A DNA stretch of 64,000 bases from a virus (Duplodnaviria > Caudoviricetes), in IMG/VR virus record IMGVR_UViG_3300027708_000016. The stretch is one strand, 5' to 3'. Positions within the stretch are counted from its first letter, which is position 1, and each line of letters opens with the position of its first letter. A model generated the notes under the pieces. It did not search any database and was not told where the DNA came from. It saw only the letters and a program-made list of their open reading frames with translations. Made by a program: the position numbers and the translations under genes. Positions 41,768-50,249 of this stretch are shown in pieces.

Positions 41768-42018
41768 ATAATACTGTATGCTGTACCTCTTACTGGAGGT
41801 GGTGTTGGGTAAGGACTCTTTTTTGGCTTAGGAATAGGGGTTATTGCAGGTCGAGGGGTAGGTGTGGGTGTTGATGCAATAGGTTTAATTGGTTTGGCAT
41901 TAGGGAGGGTTTGCTTAGTAACTGGCGTGGGTCGAGGAGTTGGAGTTGGTGTTGACTTTATACTATCTTCAGCAAATACTGAGGTAGATAAAATTAACAT
42001 TATTAATATTTTTTTCAT
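41764..42018 (-). CDS. Secreted Pro/Thr-rich protein
   Basis: Signal peptide MKKILIMLILSTSVFA then TPTPTPRPTP repeats. Confidence 0.65.
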   Translation of the reverse strand: MKKILIMLILSTSVFAEDSIKSTPTPTPRPTPVTKQTLPNAKPIKPIASTPTPTPRPAITPIPKPKKSPYPTPPPVRGTAYSII

Positions 42019-42088
42019 AATATTATTATAATGATATTTAACAGGAAGTGTCAATATAATTGTCACTTAATTTATTTTAAGTAAATTA

Positions 42089-42262
42089 TTACAGTCTATA
42101 TGCTTTAGGAGGAGGTGTCAAAAGAATCTTATGAATTATCCAAAATTGTACTTTAGACATCCAATATAAAAACAACATTCCTAAGATAGTATAAACACAT
42201 AATGCTTCAAAAGCATTTGGTTCTGGTAAACTATCTAACCAATTAATAAATCTTTGTCTCAT
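42089..42262 (-). CDS. 57-aa membrane peptide with LPEPN-TM motif (not in ORF track)
   Basis: MRQRFINWLDSLPEPNAFEALCVYTILGMLFLYWMSK...; ATG overlaps upstream stop. Confidence 0.5.
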   Translation of the reverse strand: MRQRFINWLDSLPEPNAFEALCVYTILGMLFLYWMSKVQFWIIHKILLTPPPKAYRL

Positions 42263-42456
42263 TTAGATTCCAACTCTTTAATCTTATTCAAAAGCTGTTC
42301 ATTCTCTTCCTTAAGTGTCATATACTTTCGATTTAGATTCAAATAAGCATCAAGTGCTCCACTTAGTTCTTCTTTATGTAAAGAAGTTCTTGAATCATAC
42401 TCTTTAAGAGTATTGTCATTAATGTATTCTTGTAGGTTTTGTGTTTCTGTTGTCAT
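42259..42456 (-). CDS. Small coiled-coil hypothetical protein
   Basis: TTGACT/TATAAT promoter upstream. Confidence 0.55.
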   Translation of the reverse strand: MTTETQNLQEYINDNTLKEYDSRTSLHKEELSGALDAYLNLNRKYMTLKEENEQLLNKIKELESK

Positions 42457-42485
42457 ATTTTTAATATTATATACTATTAGAAGGA

Positions 42486-42767
42486 CTAGTCAAGAGAATC
42501 TTCAGCAACTTCTGGTATAAAGTTTTTAGGAATGTTATCATCCAACCACTCTTTTGGTCTTTCTGTAAACCTTCCCTCTTCACCCAACAAACTAAAATAA
42601 GCTGTCTCCAATCCAATAAGCATACCATACATATACTCATTGATGTTATAGTTGCCATTCTGCTTTTGGATGTCAATAAGACCTTTAATCTTTGGCACAG
42701 CATAATCTCTAAAGATTTCTTTAACCAAATTATCATTCCATCTTACTTCTTTTTGTTCTTCATTCAT
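42486..42767 (-). CDS. Hypothetical early protein
   Basis: GNYNINEYMYGMLIGLETA motif; promoter repeat upstream. Confidence 0.6.
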   Translation of the reverse strand: MNEEQKEVRWNDNLVKEIFRDYAVPKIKGLIDIQKQNGNYNINEYMYGMLIGLETAYFSLLGEEGRFTERPKEWLDDNIPKNFIPEVAEDSLD

Positions 42768-42807
42768 AATCTTATTCTATATGATTTAAGAGGAGGTGTC
42801 AAGCAGA

Positions 42808-43524
42808 TTACCAACCCTCCTCTTTCTTTCTTGGTGCTGTTACAAATACTCCCCAATCATCTCCACTGAATGAAATCTCATACTTGTCACCTTTAGGAAG
42901 AGTTTTAAACTTCTTATCAATGAGATCAAAAGCACCTTTGAAGTCTCCAACCGAGATCAAATTTTCTAGCTTCTTTTGAATACTCTTCGGAGCCTTGAAA
43001 AACTTCCTAGTACTAAATCCTTCTACAACTGGATTAGGAACATCAGAATAACTTCCCCAACAAGTATCAAAGTCTCTTCCAGTACCAGCGTATCCATCGT
43101 TTCTTTCGTATGCCATATATTGCCTTAGTGTCTTCTGAATCATATATGCTTCCTCTCCACCATAGCCATACTGACCAATTCCCCATGCAGCATTAGGAGA
43201 ACCAAGATCTTTGAAGTATACAGATCTAATAAGCTTCTCAATTTCTTTATTATCGCCATAATGATAATATTTTCTATCCTTTAACATCTTGGTTTGCTTA
43301 TCTGCATAACACTCATCAAGAGCCATATCAATCTGACCACTTCTCATTCTTTGAAATACTTCCAATGCTCTTACGAGGACAGGAAGATGCCTCTCATCAA
43401 AGATAACTGTGACTTTCTTATGTTCTTTTTTCTTTTTAGCTTTCAAATTTTTAACATGATTTTTCATTTCTTGGACATCCTTTTGGATTTGTTTGTGATC
43501 TTCTTTAATGTAATTGTGAATCAT
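42808..43524 (-). CDS. Hypothetical protein
   Basis: 238-aa ORF downstream of promoter repeat. Confidence 0.65.
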   Translation of the reverse strand: MIHNYIKEDHKQIQKDVQEMKNHVKNLKAKKKKEHKKVTVIFDERHLPVLVRALEVFQRMRSGQIDMALDECYADKQTKMLKDRKYYHYGDNKEIEKLIRSVYFKDLGSPNAAWGIGQYGYGGEEAYMIQKTLRQYMAYERNDGYAGTGRDFDTCWGSYSDVPNPVVEGFSTRKFFKAPKSIQKKLENLISVGDFKGAFDLIDKKFKTLPKGDKYEISFSGDDWGVFVTAPRKKEEGW

Positions 43525-43606
43525 TTTTATAGTCTATAGGAATCTTTAGGTGGTGTCAAGCTTCTTCTTCTAATTTTGCAATACAATTTCTTGTTATTAT
43601 TAAATA

Positions 43607-43834
43607 TCATAAACCAGTGTGATAGAATGCTTCATCAGAAGAACCAGTGGCATAACCATCACCATAGCCTTCACTATATTTTTCAAGTTTAATATCTTCT
43701 ATTTCTTCTATAAATTTATTATATTTTGATTCTAAAGATTTTGCTAATTCAATAAGACCATCTACCCAAGCATCATATGATTCATATTCATCTCTATTTT
43801 TAATATAATTTTCTACAATGGATTCTTTATTCAT
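43607..43834 (-). CDS. Hypothetical protein
   Basis: Downstream of promoter copy 43844-43872. Confidence 0.55.
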   Translation of the reverse strand: MNKESIVENYIKNRDEYESYDAWVDGLIELAKSLESKYNKFIEEIEDIKLEKYSEGYGDGYATGSSDEAFYHTGL

Positions 43835-43868
43835 GATTCTTATATTCTATATGATTTTTTAGGACTCT

Positions 43869-44003
43869 TCAAGCTTTTTTGCATTTCCACATCAAATAGG
43901 CATATGCACTGCGATAATTTTCAAAAGTCTTAGCCTGTCCTTTCATTAAGATTTTCCTTGCTTCTAGAAATGTATACTCTTTGTTATCTAAGATAAATTT
44001 CAT
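43869..44003 (-). CDS. 44-aa hypothetical protein (not in ORF track)
   Basis: MKFILDNKEYTFLEARKIL...; fills gap between promoters. Confidence 0.45.
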   Translation of the reverse strand: MKFILDNKEYTFLEARKILMKGQAKTFENYRSAYAYLMWKCKKA

Positions 44004-44037
44004 AATTTTAGTTTATATGATTCTTTATGATGAAATG

Positions 44038-44235
44038 TCAATAATTAAAATTAATATCATTTGTTTGGCTGGGTAGATCAATATTTTTATTCTTACTCCA
44101 ATTTTCCTTGACCATCTTGTGCCTAAGCATTTCAGTAACTATCTGGACGACATTAAACTCATTAAATTTCTTAAAACGGAACTTATCTGCGAACTCTTCT
44201 AGGAACTGTTCAATCTCTTCGTTCTTATTTTTCAT
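44038..44235 (-). CDS. Hypothetical protein
   Basis: ORF in early gene run. Confidence 0.5.
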   Translation of the reverse strand: MKNKNEEIEQFLEEFADKFRFKKFNEFNVVQIVTEMLRHKMVKENWSKNKNIDLPSQTNDINFNY

Positions 44236-44239
44236 ACTT

Positions 44240-44437
44240 TTATAATGAGGACACTAGTCCTGCTATACCCCATATACCTAATACTATCATTAATATAAAC
44301 AAAAGAAATTCTCCTATTGTTTTTAATACCTCTACTAGTCCTTTCCCAACAAAGAATTCTCCAAGGAATTCCATATAAAACATACACCCTAATAGGAATA
44401 ACAATGGTGCAGCAGCTATTGTATACAAGAAGATCAT
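44240..44437 (-). CDS. Small two-TM membrane protein
   Basis: Hydrophobic throughout. Confidence 0.5.
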   Translation of the reverse strand: MIFLYTIAAAPLLFLLGCMFYMEFLGEFFVGKGLVEVLKTIGEFLLFILMIVLGIWGIAGLVSSL

Positions 44438-44564
44438 TTTTTTACTGATTTATTTATATGGTTTTTGGTTTTTTATTTTTCATGCTATTAGCATATTCAA
44501 TTTTTTAATAATTGTCAAGATCCTTATACATATTCCCGAAATATGTAGTGGGAAGGTTACAAAA

Positions 44565-44822
44565 TTAAAAATCGGTATCACCAGTAGATCCTAGTGCATC
44601 CATGTATTCGTCTTCCTCTTGATAGTCTCTGACTAACCAACGACCAAGATCTTGCATGGCTTGGTTGTAACGATTCTGAAGCCAATCTGGAGTTTCATAA
44701 TATTTTGGATTCTCGTGATGGAAATACAAAGATTCATTCTTTGCATTGTTCAGATCTTCCAAGAACTGTATACCATTACGAATAAGTTCGTAATTGAATT
44801 TTTCTTTATTTTTCTTTTTCAT
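44565..44822 (-). CDS. Hypothetical protein
   Basis: Stop/start overlap with 44819 gene. Confidence 0.55.
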   Translation of the reverse strand: MKKKNKEKFNYELIRNGIQFLEDLNNAKNESLYFHHENPKYYETPDWLQNRYNQAMQDLGRWLVRDYQEEDEYMDALGSTGDTDF

Positions 44823-45151
44823 ATTCTATTAGGGTCAATTTTTTTAGGATGTCCTGCATCATGAACTGTTTCCCATAAAGAATCAATAGTGTGGCAAATC
44901 TCTACTTTCTTTCTACCAACTTTCTTGTGTGCTTTAAGAATCTTGCCATTAGGACTTTCTCTCTCATAAAGATACCAATCAATCCACTCAAGTTGATCTG
45001 TATTAAATGCTGCTGTAAAAAGTTCAGTAATTACATGTTCATAGTTCTCTTCGTACTGCATGAGATCAACTCCAAGTTTATACATCTCACGAGATCTCAA
45101 ACGAGCAGCTTGAAGGTTTAGGATTATTTTTTCAAATGATTGTTTATTCAT
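44819..45151 (-). CDS. Hypothetical phage protein
   Basis: EWIDWYLYE...TIDSLWE pattern. Confidence 0.6.
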   Translation of the reverse strand: MNKQSFEKIILNLQAARLRSREMYKLGVDLMQYEENYEHVITELFTAAFNTDQLEWIDWYLYERESPNGKILKAHKKVGRKKVEICHTIDSLWETVHDAGHPKKIDPNRI

Positions 45152-45166
45152 ATTTTTAAAAGTTGA

Positions 45167-45281
45167 TGACTAGGAACTACTTTTGTGGTAATTCGGACAG
45201 GCTACACGTTCATCGTATACTATGCTTCGCTATCACCTGTTGCGGAAGTTCTTTAGCTTATAAGAACTCGCACCCTAGTCA
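45167..45281. ncRNA. Candidate structured intergenic element (multi-branch hairpin)
   Basis: 8-bp closing stem TGACTAGG/CCTAGTCA enclosing AGTTCTT/AAGAACT and ACAGG/CCTGT stems; GC-richer than flanks. Confidence 0.4.
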
Positions 45282-45287
45282 AATTGT

Positions 45288-45524
45288 TTAGGTTAATACT
45301 GTAACAGTATCCCTATAAGCTGTCAAAGCATTAATGATTGAATCTAGTTCATGACTCTCAAAAGACATAAAATGTATTGGTCTACGATTTGTATCCATGT
45401 GACTAGGACAAATATCAGTAGTGAACATTTCAGTCCAATCGTGATTGTCTGGTGATTGTCTGAAAGTTACATAAAAATTATCTAACTTTACGTTTACCTG
45501 TACGGTTGTATTTGTGTTTTTCAT
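45288..45524 (-). CDS. Hypothetical protein, paralog of 40174..40410
   Basis: MKNTNTTVQVNVKLDNF...QSPDNHDWTEM. Confidence 0.7.
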   Translation of the reverse strand: MKNTNTTVQVNVKLDNFYVTFRQSPDNHDWTEMFTTDICPSHMDTNRRPIHFMSFESHELDSIINALTAYRDTVTVLT

Positions 45525-45558
45525 GATTTATATATAGTAAACGATGTTTTAAATTTTG

Positions 45559-45981
45559 TCAAATCAAAATTTTATTAAATTGATCAGCAGTACAATTATT
45601 TTTATGTCTTCCATCATCAACTAATAGACAAGGAATTCCTTCTAATTCGGCAGCAACTACATGATGAAGAATATCATCAACATGTAGAACGCTTTTGATT
45701 TTTTTTAAAATTGGTAATTTTGAACCACCAGAGGTATAATGAATTTCTTTGATAGGAAGCTGATAGTTATATACAAAACTCTTAACTTCTGGAATAGCCC
45801 ATTCCTCACGAGCAGTAACAATATGAATTTCATATCCTTCATTATGTTTTTCCATTAAAATATCAATAACGTCCTTGATGGGAACAAGTTCATCACTAAC
45901 AATTCCCCAAAGAAGTCCTTGCTTTTCTTCCGTCATTGATGCCAAAGTGTCATCAAAGTCAAACGAGACTATACCTTTCAT
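45559..45981 (-). CDS. HAD-superfamily phosphatase-like protein
   Basis: SFDFDDTL, IVTAR, K, LHVDD. Confidence 0.75.
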   Translation of the reverse strand: MKGIVSFDFDDTLASMTEEKQGLLWGIVSDELVPIKDVIDILMEKHNEGYEIHIVTAREEWAIPEVKSFVYNYQLPIKEIHYTSGGSKLPILKKIKSVLHVDDILHHVVAAELEGIPCLLVDDGRHKNNCTADQFNKILI

Positions 45982-46208
45982 GAAGAACGAGGAAGATATA
46001 CAGCATTAACCATATCTTGCAACCAAGCCATAGTTGGTGCTTTATCATACTCTCCATCATAATAAGCTTTATCATCTGGTAACTTTTTAAGTCCAGCAAT
46101 ATATTGTACATGGTGGACTTCATCAAATCCAGTTTCATATCCATCAACAACAACAATTTGTTCTGGATCAAATTTTTGAAGTTGTTCTATTAGTTCTTTT
46201 ACTTTCAT
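45978..46208 (-). CDS. Hypothetical phage protein
   Basis: MKVKELIEQLQKFDPEQIVVVDGYE pattern. Confidence 0.6.
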   Translation of the reverse strand: MKVKELIEQLQKFDPEQIVVVDGYETGFDEVHHVQYIAGLKKLPDDKAYYDGEYDKAPTMAWLQDMVNAVYLPRSS

Positions 46209-46621
46209 ATATTCCAAGTTGTTCTTCCTCCATGATGACCACAAGTCTCACAATTACCTTTGCTTTCCTCATAATCATCCGATTGAAAACATTCCATAAA
46301 ACTTTGAAAAGAACAAGTACCATCCTTAATTCCTTCTTTTAGTTTCAATAAAAGATAATCAAGAAGTTCATCATCTTCTTCAGGTTGCTTGACTCCCTCT
46401 TCTACTTCTCCACTTCTCCATACATCATTGATAGAAAATCCCCAATTATAACAGGACATCTCATCATAAACTATCTTGTATTTTGGTTCATCATTTATCT
46501 CGTTGAATTTCTGTTCAGTTATGATCATACCTTTAAGTCCATTGATCTCAGAAAGCCAAACGGTTCCCTGATCAATTTTTTTAACTTCCCAAAATATGTT
46601 ATCTATTTTTACAGTTCTCAT
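46205..46621 (-). CDS. Hypothetical protein with C-terminal CxxC
   Basis: CETCG; start/stop overlaps. Confidence 0.55.
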   Translation of the reverse strand: MRTVKIDNIFWEVKKIDQGTVWLSEINGLKGMIITEQKFNEINDEPKYKIVYDEMSCYNWGFSINDVWRSGEVEEGVKQPEEDDELLDYLLLKLKEGIKDGTCSFQSFMECFQSDDYEESKGNCETCGHHGGRTTWNI

Positions 46622-46826
46622 AATAATTTTTTTTGTCGAGTTTTTTTCTGATTTTCTCAACTTTTTTTTCTTCAATAATCTTTGGAATATCCTTTAATCC
46701 TTCTTGGATTCCTTCAATAAATCCAGTCAATAACCACCAACAAAAAGTAAAAATAAATATAACAAATCCTAATGCTATTATACTAAGAATAATTGCTGCT
46801 GATATTTTAATTATTTCTAGTATCAT
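46599..46826 (-). CDS. Small membrane protein
   Basis: Long hydrophobic helix. Confidence 0.5.
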   Translation of the reverse strand: MILEIIKISAAIILSIIALGFVIFIFTFCWWLLTGFIEGIQEGLKDIPKIIEEKKVEKIRKKLDKKNYYENCKNR

Positions 46827-47131
46827 ACACTCCAAGTTTTGCCATTGTATCCAAGACCAACCTGACCCCAAAATCCAGAATTTTGAACATCGGGAATAAT
46901 TGAATTTGATTTGTAATCAAATAGATCCTTTTCAATAAACTTAACATTCTCTTGAATTGGAATTACAATGGCAGCAAGATCATCTTCAAAGTCAGCTTTG
47001 ATAATGTTCACACCATTTTTATCATAACCTTCTCTCTTAATCTGATTCATAAAGTAATCAGAAGACTTCTTGCTAATAAAAATAGCATAGGTATTGTTAT
47101 TGTTGAATGTTTCGGATTTTAGTTTTGTCAT
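46823..47131 (-). CDS. Hypothetical protein
   Basis: ORF in operon. Confidence 0.5.
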   Translation of the reverse strand: MTKLKSETFNNNNTYAIFISKKSSDYFMNQIKREGYDKNGVNIIKADFEDDLAAIVIPIQENVKFIEKDLFDYKSNSIIPDVQNSGFWGQVGLGYNGKTWSV

Positions 47132-47135
47132 AATT

Positions 47136-47966
47136 TTAGAATACACCAAACTTTATAAGTTTGTCAATATTTTCTTTTGCCTTCTTATTTCTTTTTTCTT
47201 GTGCCTCAAGATAGAAATTAGGAAGCCCAGTATCAATAGCTGCACAGCTTCCATCTTCATCAATCTCAAGAACCTGATGTAGACCACAATCAATGTTGGC
47301 ATTCAACCCTCCGTTTTCATACCAAGTATTAATTTTACCCATCGTGGGGGTGTGTCCATAAACTTGACGTAATCCTCTAGTAACGTGACCTTCTTGAAAG
47401 TCATCACACCAAAGTATTCCACCAACCTTTTGCACACCACCACGACAACGACCTACAGCACCAATGGTTTCGTTCCATGTACGATTAAGGTAATCATCTG
47501 TAGCCTTTGCAATCTTATCAATGATAACTTCATTACTCATACCTTTAATGGGGTGTTCAAACCAAGTTGGATGAATACCAGCATGGGTAAACCATACGCC
47601 GTTACCAAGATGTGCAAACTTAATTTTATCCCATGCTTGTTGATCCATAACACGATTGATGACATCATCTTTCTTCATATCATAACCAGAACAATTGTAT
47701 ATGTTCTGAATATGACCACTTTCATCCTTGCTATAATTTAAATACGAATAATTGATATCGTGATTCCCCATCAAATGAATACGATTGGGTTTATCAAGCG
47801 ATTCTTTTAGCCAACGAGCAGTCTGAATTGCATCATTGGCGGTATCACCGAAATCATCAAAGTAATCACCAGTAAAAACTACAGTATGAGTCTTATCATA
47901 CAATGATGCAATTTCTTCAGCTTCTACCCAATGATTATGGATATCACCAATAGCTATAATGTTCAT
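47136..47966 (-). CDS. Calcineurin-like metallophosphoesterase
   Basis: IGDIH, TGDYFD, MGNHD, FTHAG, YGHTP. Confidence 0.88.
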   Translation of the reverse strand: MNIIAIGDIHNHWVEAEEIASLYDKTHTVVFTGDYFDDFGDTANDAIQTARWLKESLDKPNRIHLMGNHDINYSYLNYSKDESGHIQNIYNCSGYDMKKDDVINRVMDQQAWDKIKFAHLGNGVWFTHAGIHPTWFEHPIKGMSNEVIIDKIAKATDDYLNRTWNETIGAVGRCRGGVQKVGGILWCDDFQEGHVTRGLRQVYGHTPTMGKINTWYENGGLNANIDCGLHQVLEIDEDGSCAAIDTGLPNFYLEAQEKRNKKAKENIDKLIKFGVF

Positions 47967-48098
47967 CTTTTTATAATAGATGATTTAAAAAAATATGTCA
48001 ACCTTTAATTAAAAATATTGCTAATTTTATTACCCAATACCAAAAAATAAAACAACCAATGACAATAAAAAGATTTGGTGGAATGTATTTCATAAAAA

Positions 48099-48386
48099 TT
48101 ATCTCCGATAACACCCTCCACCATATCCATATCCACCACGATAACCGCCATATCCATATCCGCATCCGTAACCCCTACCCCATCCACCATATCCATATCC
48201 ATATCCACCCCACCCATAGTTTGCATAATATGGGTAAGAATAACCATAGTAAGGATAACTATAACCATAACTGTATGGATAAGAATAACCATAATTTACA
48301 GATGGTGTAGAAACAACATAATCACCATTCACGGTACAACCAACCGTGAAAATGCACATTAATAGAATTGTAAAGTATTTAATCAT
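48099..48386 (-). CDS. Lipoprotein with Gly/Tyr-rich low-complexity tail
   Basis: Lipobox TVG-C; YGYSYP repeats and GGYGYG tract. Confidence 0.7.
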   Translation of the reverse strand: MIKYFTILLMCIFTVGCTVNGDYVVSTPSVNYGYSYPYSYGYSYPYYGYSYPYYANYGWGGYGYGYGGWGRGYGCGYGYGGYRGGYGYGGGCYRR

Positions 48387-48387
48387 A

Positions 48388-49023
48388 TTAAGCAATATTT
48401 CTGTTAATCCAAATATCTACTTTGGTAAGTTTACTTCCAATTTTTGAAATAATTCTACCTAGTCTAAACCAGAATTTATTCCAATAACCCCAAGTATATT
48501 TTCTCAAAAATCTTCTAGCTTTATTGTTAAACTTTGCTTCTTCTTCGGCTAGTTTTTTCTTCCAGTATTCATCATTTTTCTTTATTTCTTCTGCGGTTTG
48601 CGACAGACGAATCTCAACTTTCCTAAGTTTTCCTTGAATGACACCATTTACAAACTTTCCACAAAATTCTGCCCAGTACTCATTCCCTTGTTTATCAAAG
48701 AAAGAATCATAAAAATAAAGATCACCAGTAAACTTTTCAAATTTGTATTTTCTAGATTTCTCCTTGAATTCGTAGGGCCAACAGAAACGACCCTGTCTTT
48801 TGATTTTTTTCTCATCTTTTTCAGATATTACACGAACATTTTTACCTTCAACAAATAGACCGTAAAGTTTACCGTTTTTTCTAATAACATAAGTTGACAT
48901 AGTACAATCAGTATCTTTTGTTTGAAAGCTAATATCATTCCAATTCATATTGGAAAACTTTTCTTGCTCTTTCTTGTTTAGAGGAAGAGGCAACTCACAT
49001 TTAATATTATCGAACATTCCCAT
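48388..49023 (-). CDS. Conserved hypothetical phage protein
   Basis: MGMFDNIKC...FQTKD...FTGDLYFY. Confidence 0.65.
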   Translation of the reverse strand: MGMFDNIKCELPLPLNKKEQEKFSNMNWNDISFQTKDTDCTMSTYVIRKNGKLYGLFVEGKNVRVISEKDEKKIKRQGRFCWPYEFKEKSRKYKFEKFTGDLYFYDSFFDKQGNEYWAEFCGKFVNGVIQGKLRKVEIRLSQTAEEIKKNDEYWKKKLAEEEAKFNNKARRFLRKYTWGYWNKFWFRLGRIISKIGSKLTKVDIWINRNIA

Positions 49024-49073
49024 TTTTTAATCTTATCAGTTTTTATTTTTTTGTCAAGTATAATTTACCATAC

Positions 49074-49146
<73 letters not shown>

Positions 49147-49150
49147 GAAA

Positions 49151-49601
49151 TGGTGGAGGCGAGGGAGAACTGCCCTCCCTGTCCTTAATATTGGTAACTA
49201 TATATTCGATACAAGCTTTGACAAAATTCGTACTTTCGTTGTCTAAAGGTAACTAGGCTTTGCCAACCTATCTATGTTTAGAGACCTACCTGTATGCGTG
49301 ATTAACGACCACATACCACCGCTTGCACTCTTTTACTAGTGTCACAAGACCCACTAAAACCTATTGTTATTCCACTACCCCTAATAGGATCAGGATTGTG
49401 GTGTTTATGCTGCCATGAGGCAAAGCTCATCTTCGTTTCCGAAGAGAGACTCTGCTGCATTTGTCACGAATGACTTGACTGCTTCAACTGCATTGGTTAT
49501 TGCCTTTGCGTTTATTTTTTAATCCGTTTTAAAGTAGCCACAGATCAACTACTGCTTGCATATATAGTTTTCAACGATTAAGTCGAATCTATTACGCCCC
49601 C
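49151..49601 (-). ncRNA. ssrA: tmRNA, 451 nt, tag AKAITNAVEAVKSFVTNAAESLFGNEDELCLMAA*
   Basis: 5' GGGGGCGTAATAGATTCGAC; 3' CGCCTCCACCA; G3:U70; AATAAAC-GCA resume context; tag ORF 49405..49509 ending AA-stop. Confidence 0.93.
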
Positions 49602-49631
49602 AAATTATACTTATCAAAGAACAAAGACTTT

Positions 49632-49708
49632 TGGTACACGAGGAGGGATTTGAACCCCCGCTAGGCAGAATGTAAATCTGCTGCTTTACCAGACTAAGCT
49701 ACTCGTGC
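49632..49708 (-). tRNA. tRNA-Val(TAC)
   Basis: GCAGA-TTTACAT-TCTGC anticodon arm; encoded CCA. Confidence 0.88.
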
Positions 49709-49709
49709 A

Positions 49710-50249
49710 TTAAGTCCACAAATACTTACGAAGCTTCACAAGATCTGCAAGGTATTCAGAATCTCTTTCGTGAATATCTTGTTCGACTTTAGAATACTCT
49801 TGCCAGTTATTATCAATAGATTCCAAATAATTTTGCATTTCTTTTTTACCCGTTTTAACCCATTTATAGATTTCCTGAAGTCTAAGATAATTTTTATAAT
49901 GAGCATTGTAATATTCCCAAAATAAATCAACACTCCCCCATTCATTTTTATTATACTCGTCATCCTTATGGAGAGATTTCATAATCATTTGAATTTGATC
50001 AAGACCTTTTTCCTCCTCAACAAATGATATGATAATAGCGGAAAGAACATTTTCTACGATCCCATCTAGATCTATCCAAGCTTTTGGGATAGCCTTGCGG
50101 ATGGATTTATGTTGCGGATTAAAAGTATAATAAACATACCAATATGCTTTATCTTTAACTCTAAAAATAGACCAATAAACTTCTTCCCACCAATTAAGCT
50201 TGGTAAAAGGAAATTGTATTTTCTTAACCTTTACGTGTTCTATATTCAT
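49710..50249 (-). CDS. Hypothetical protein
   Basis: 179-aa ORF; ends ADLVKLRKYLWT. Confidence 0.65.
   Translation of the reverse strand: MNIEHVKVKKIQFPFTKLNWWEEVYWSIFRVKDKAYWYVYYTFNPQHKSIRKAIPKAWIDLDGIVENVLSAIIISFVEEEKGLDQIQMIMKSLHKDDEYNKNEWGSVDLFWEYYNAHYKNYLRLQEIYKWVKTGKKEMQNYLESIDNNWQEYSKVEQDIHERDSEYLADLVKLRKYLWT

Larger units (their letters stand above)
40614..43872 (-). repeat. Dispersed 29-bp sigma70 promoter repeat (TTGACA-cctcctcttaaagcata-TAGAAT), 7 copies
   Basis: Copies at 40895-40923, 41138-41166, 42093-42121, 42774-42802, 43531-43559, 43844-43872, plus one lacking a properly spaced -10 at about 40614-40639; 17-bp spacer largely conserved. Confidence 0.88.

Noticed and set aside
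40614-43872. 29-bp repeats as a CRISPR array, or their AGGAGG as Shine-Dalgarno sites
   Set aside because: Spacing is irregular (about 240-950 bp) with genes between. The repeat is a perfect -35/-10 promoter on the minus strand, and AGGAGG is on the non-coding strand.
48005-48310. ORFs 48005..48292 (-) and 48059..48310 (+)
   Set aside because: Alternative frames of the Gly/Tyr lipoprotein repeat.
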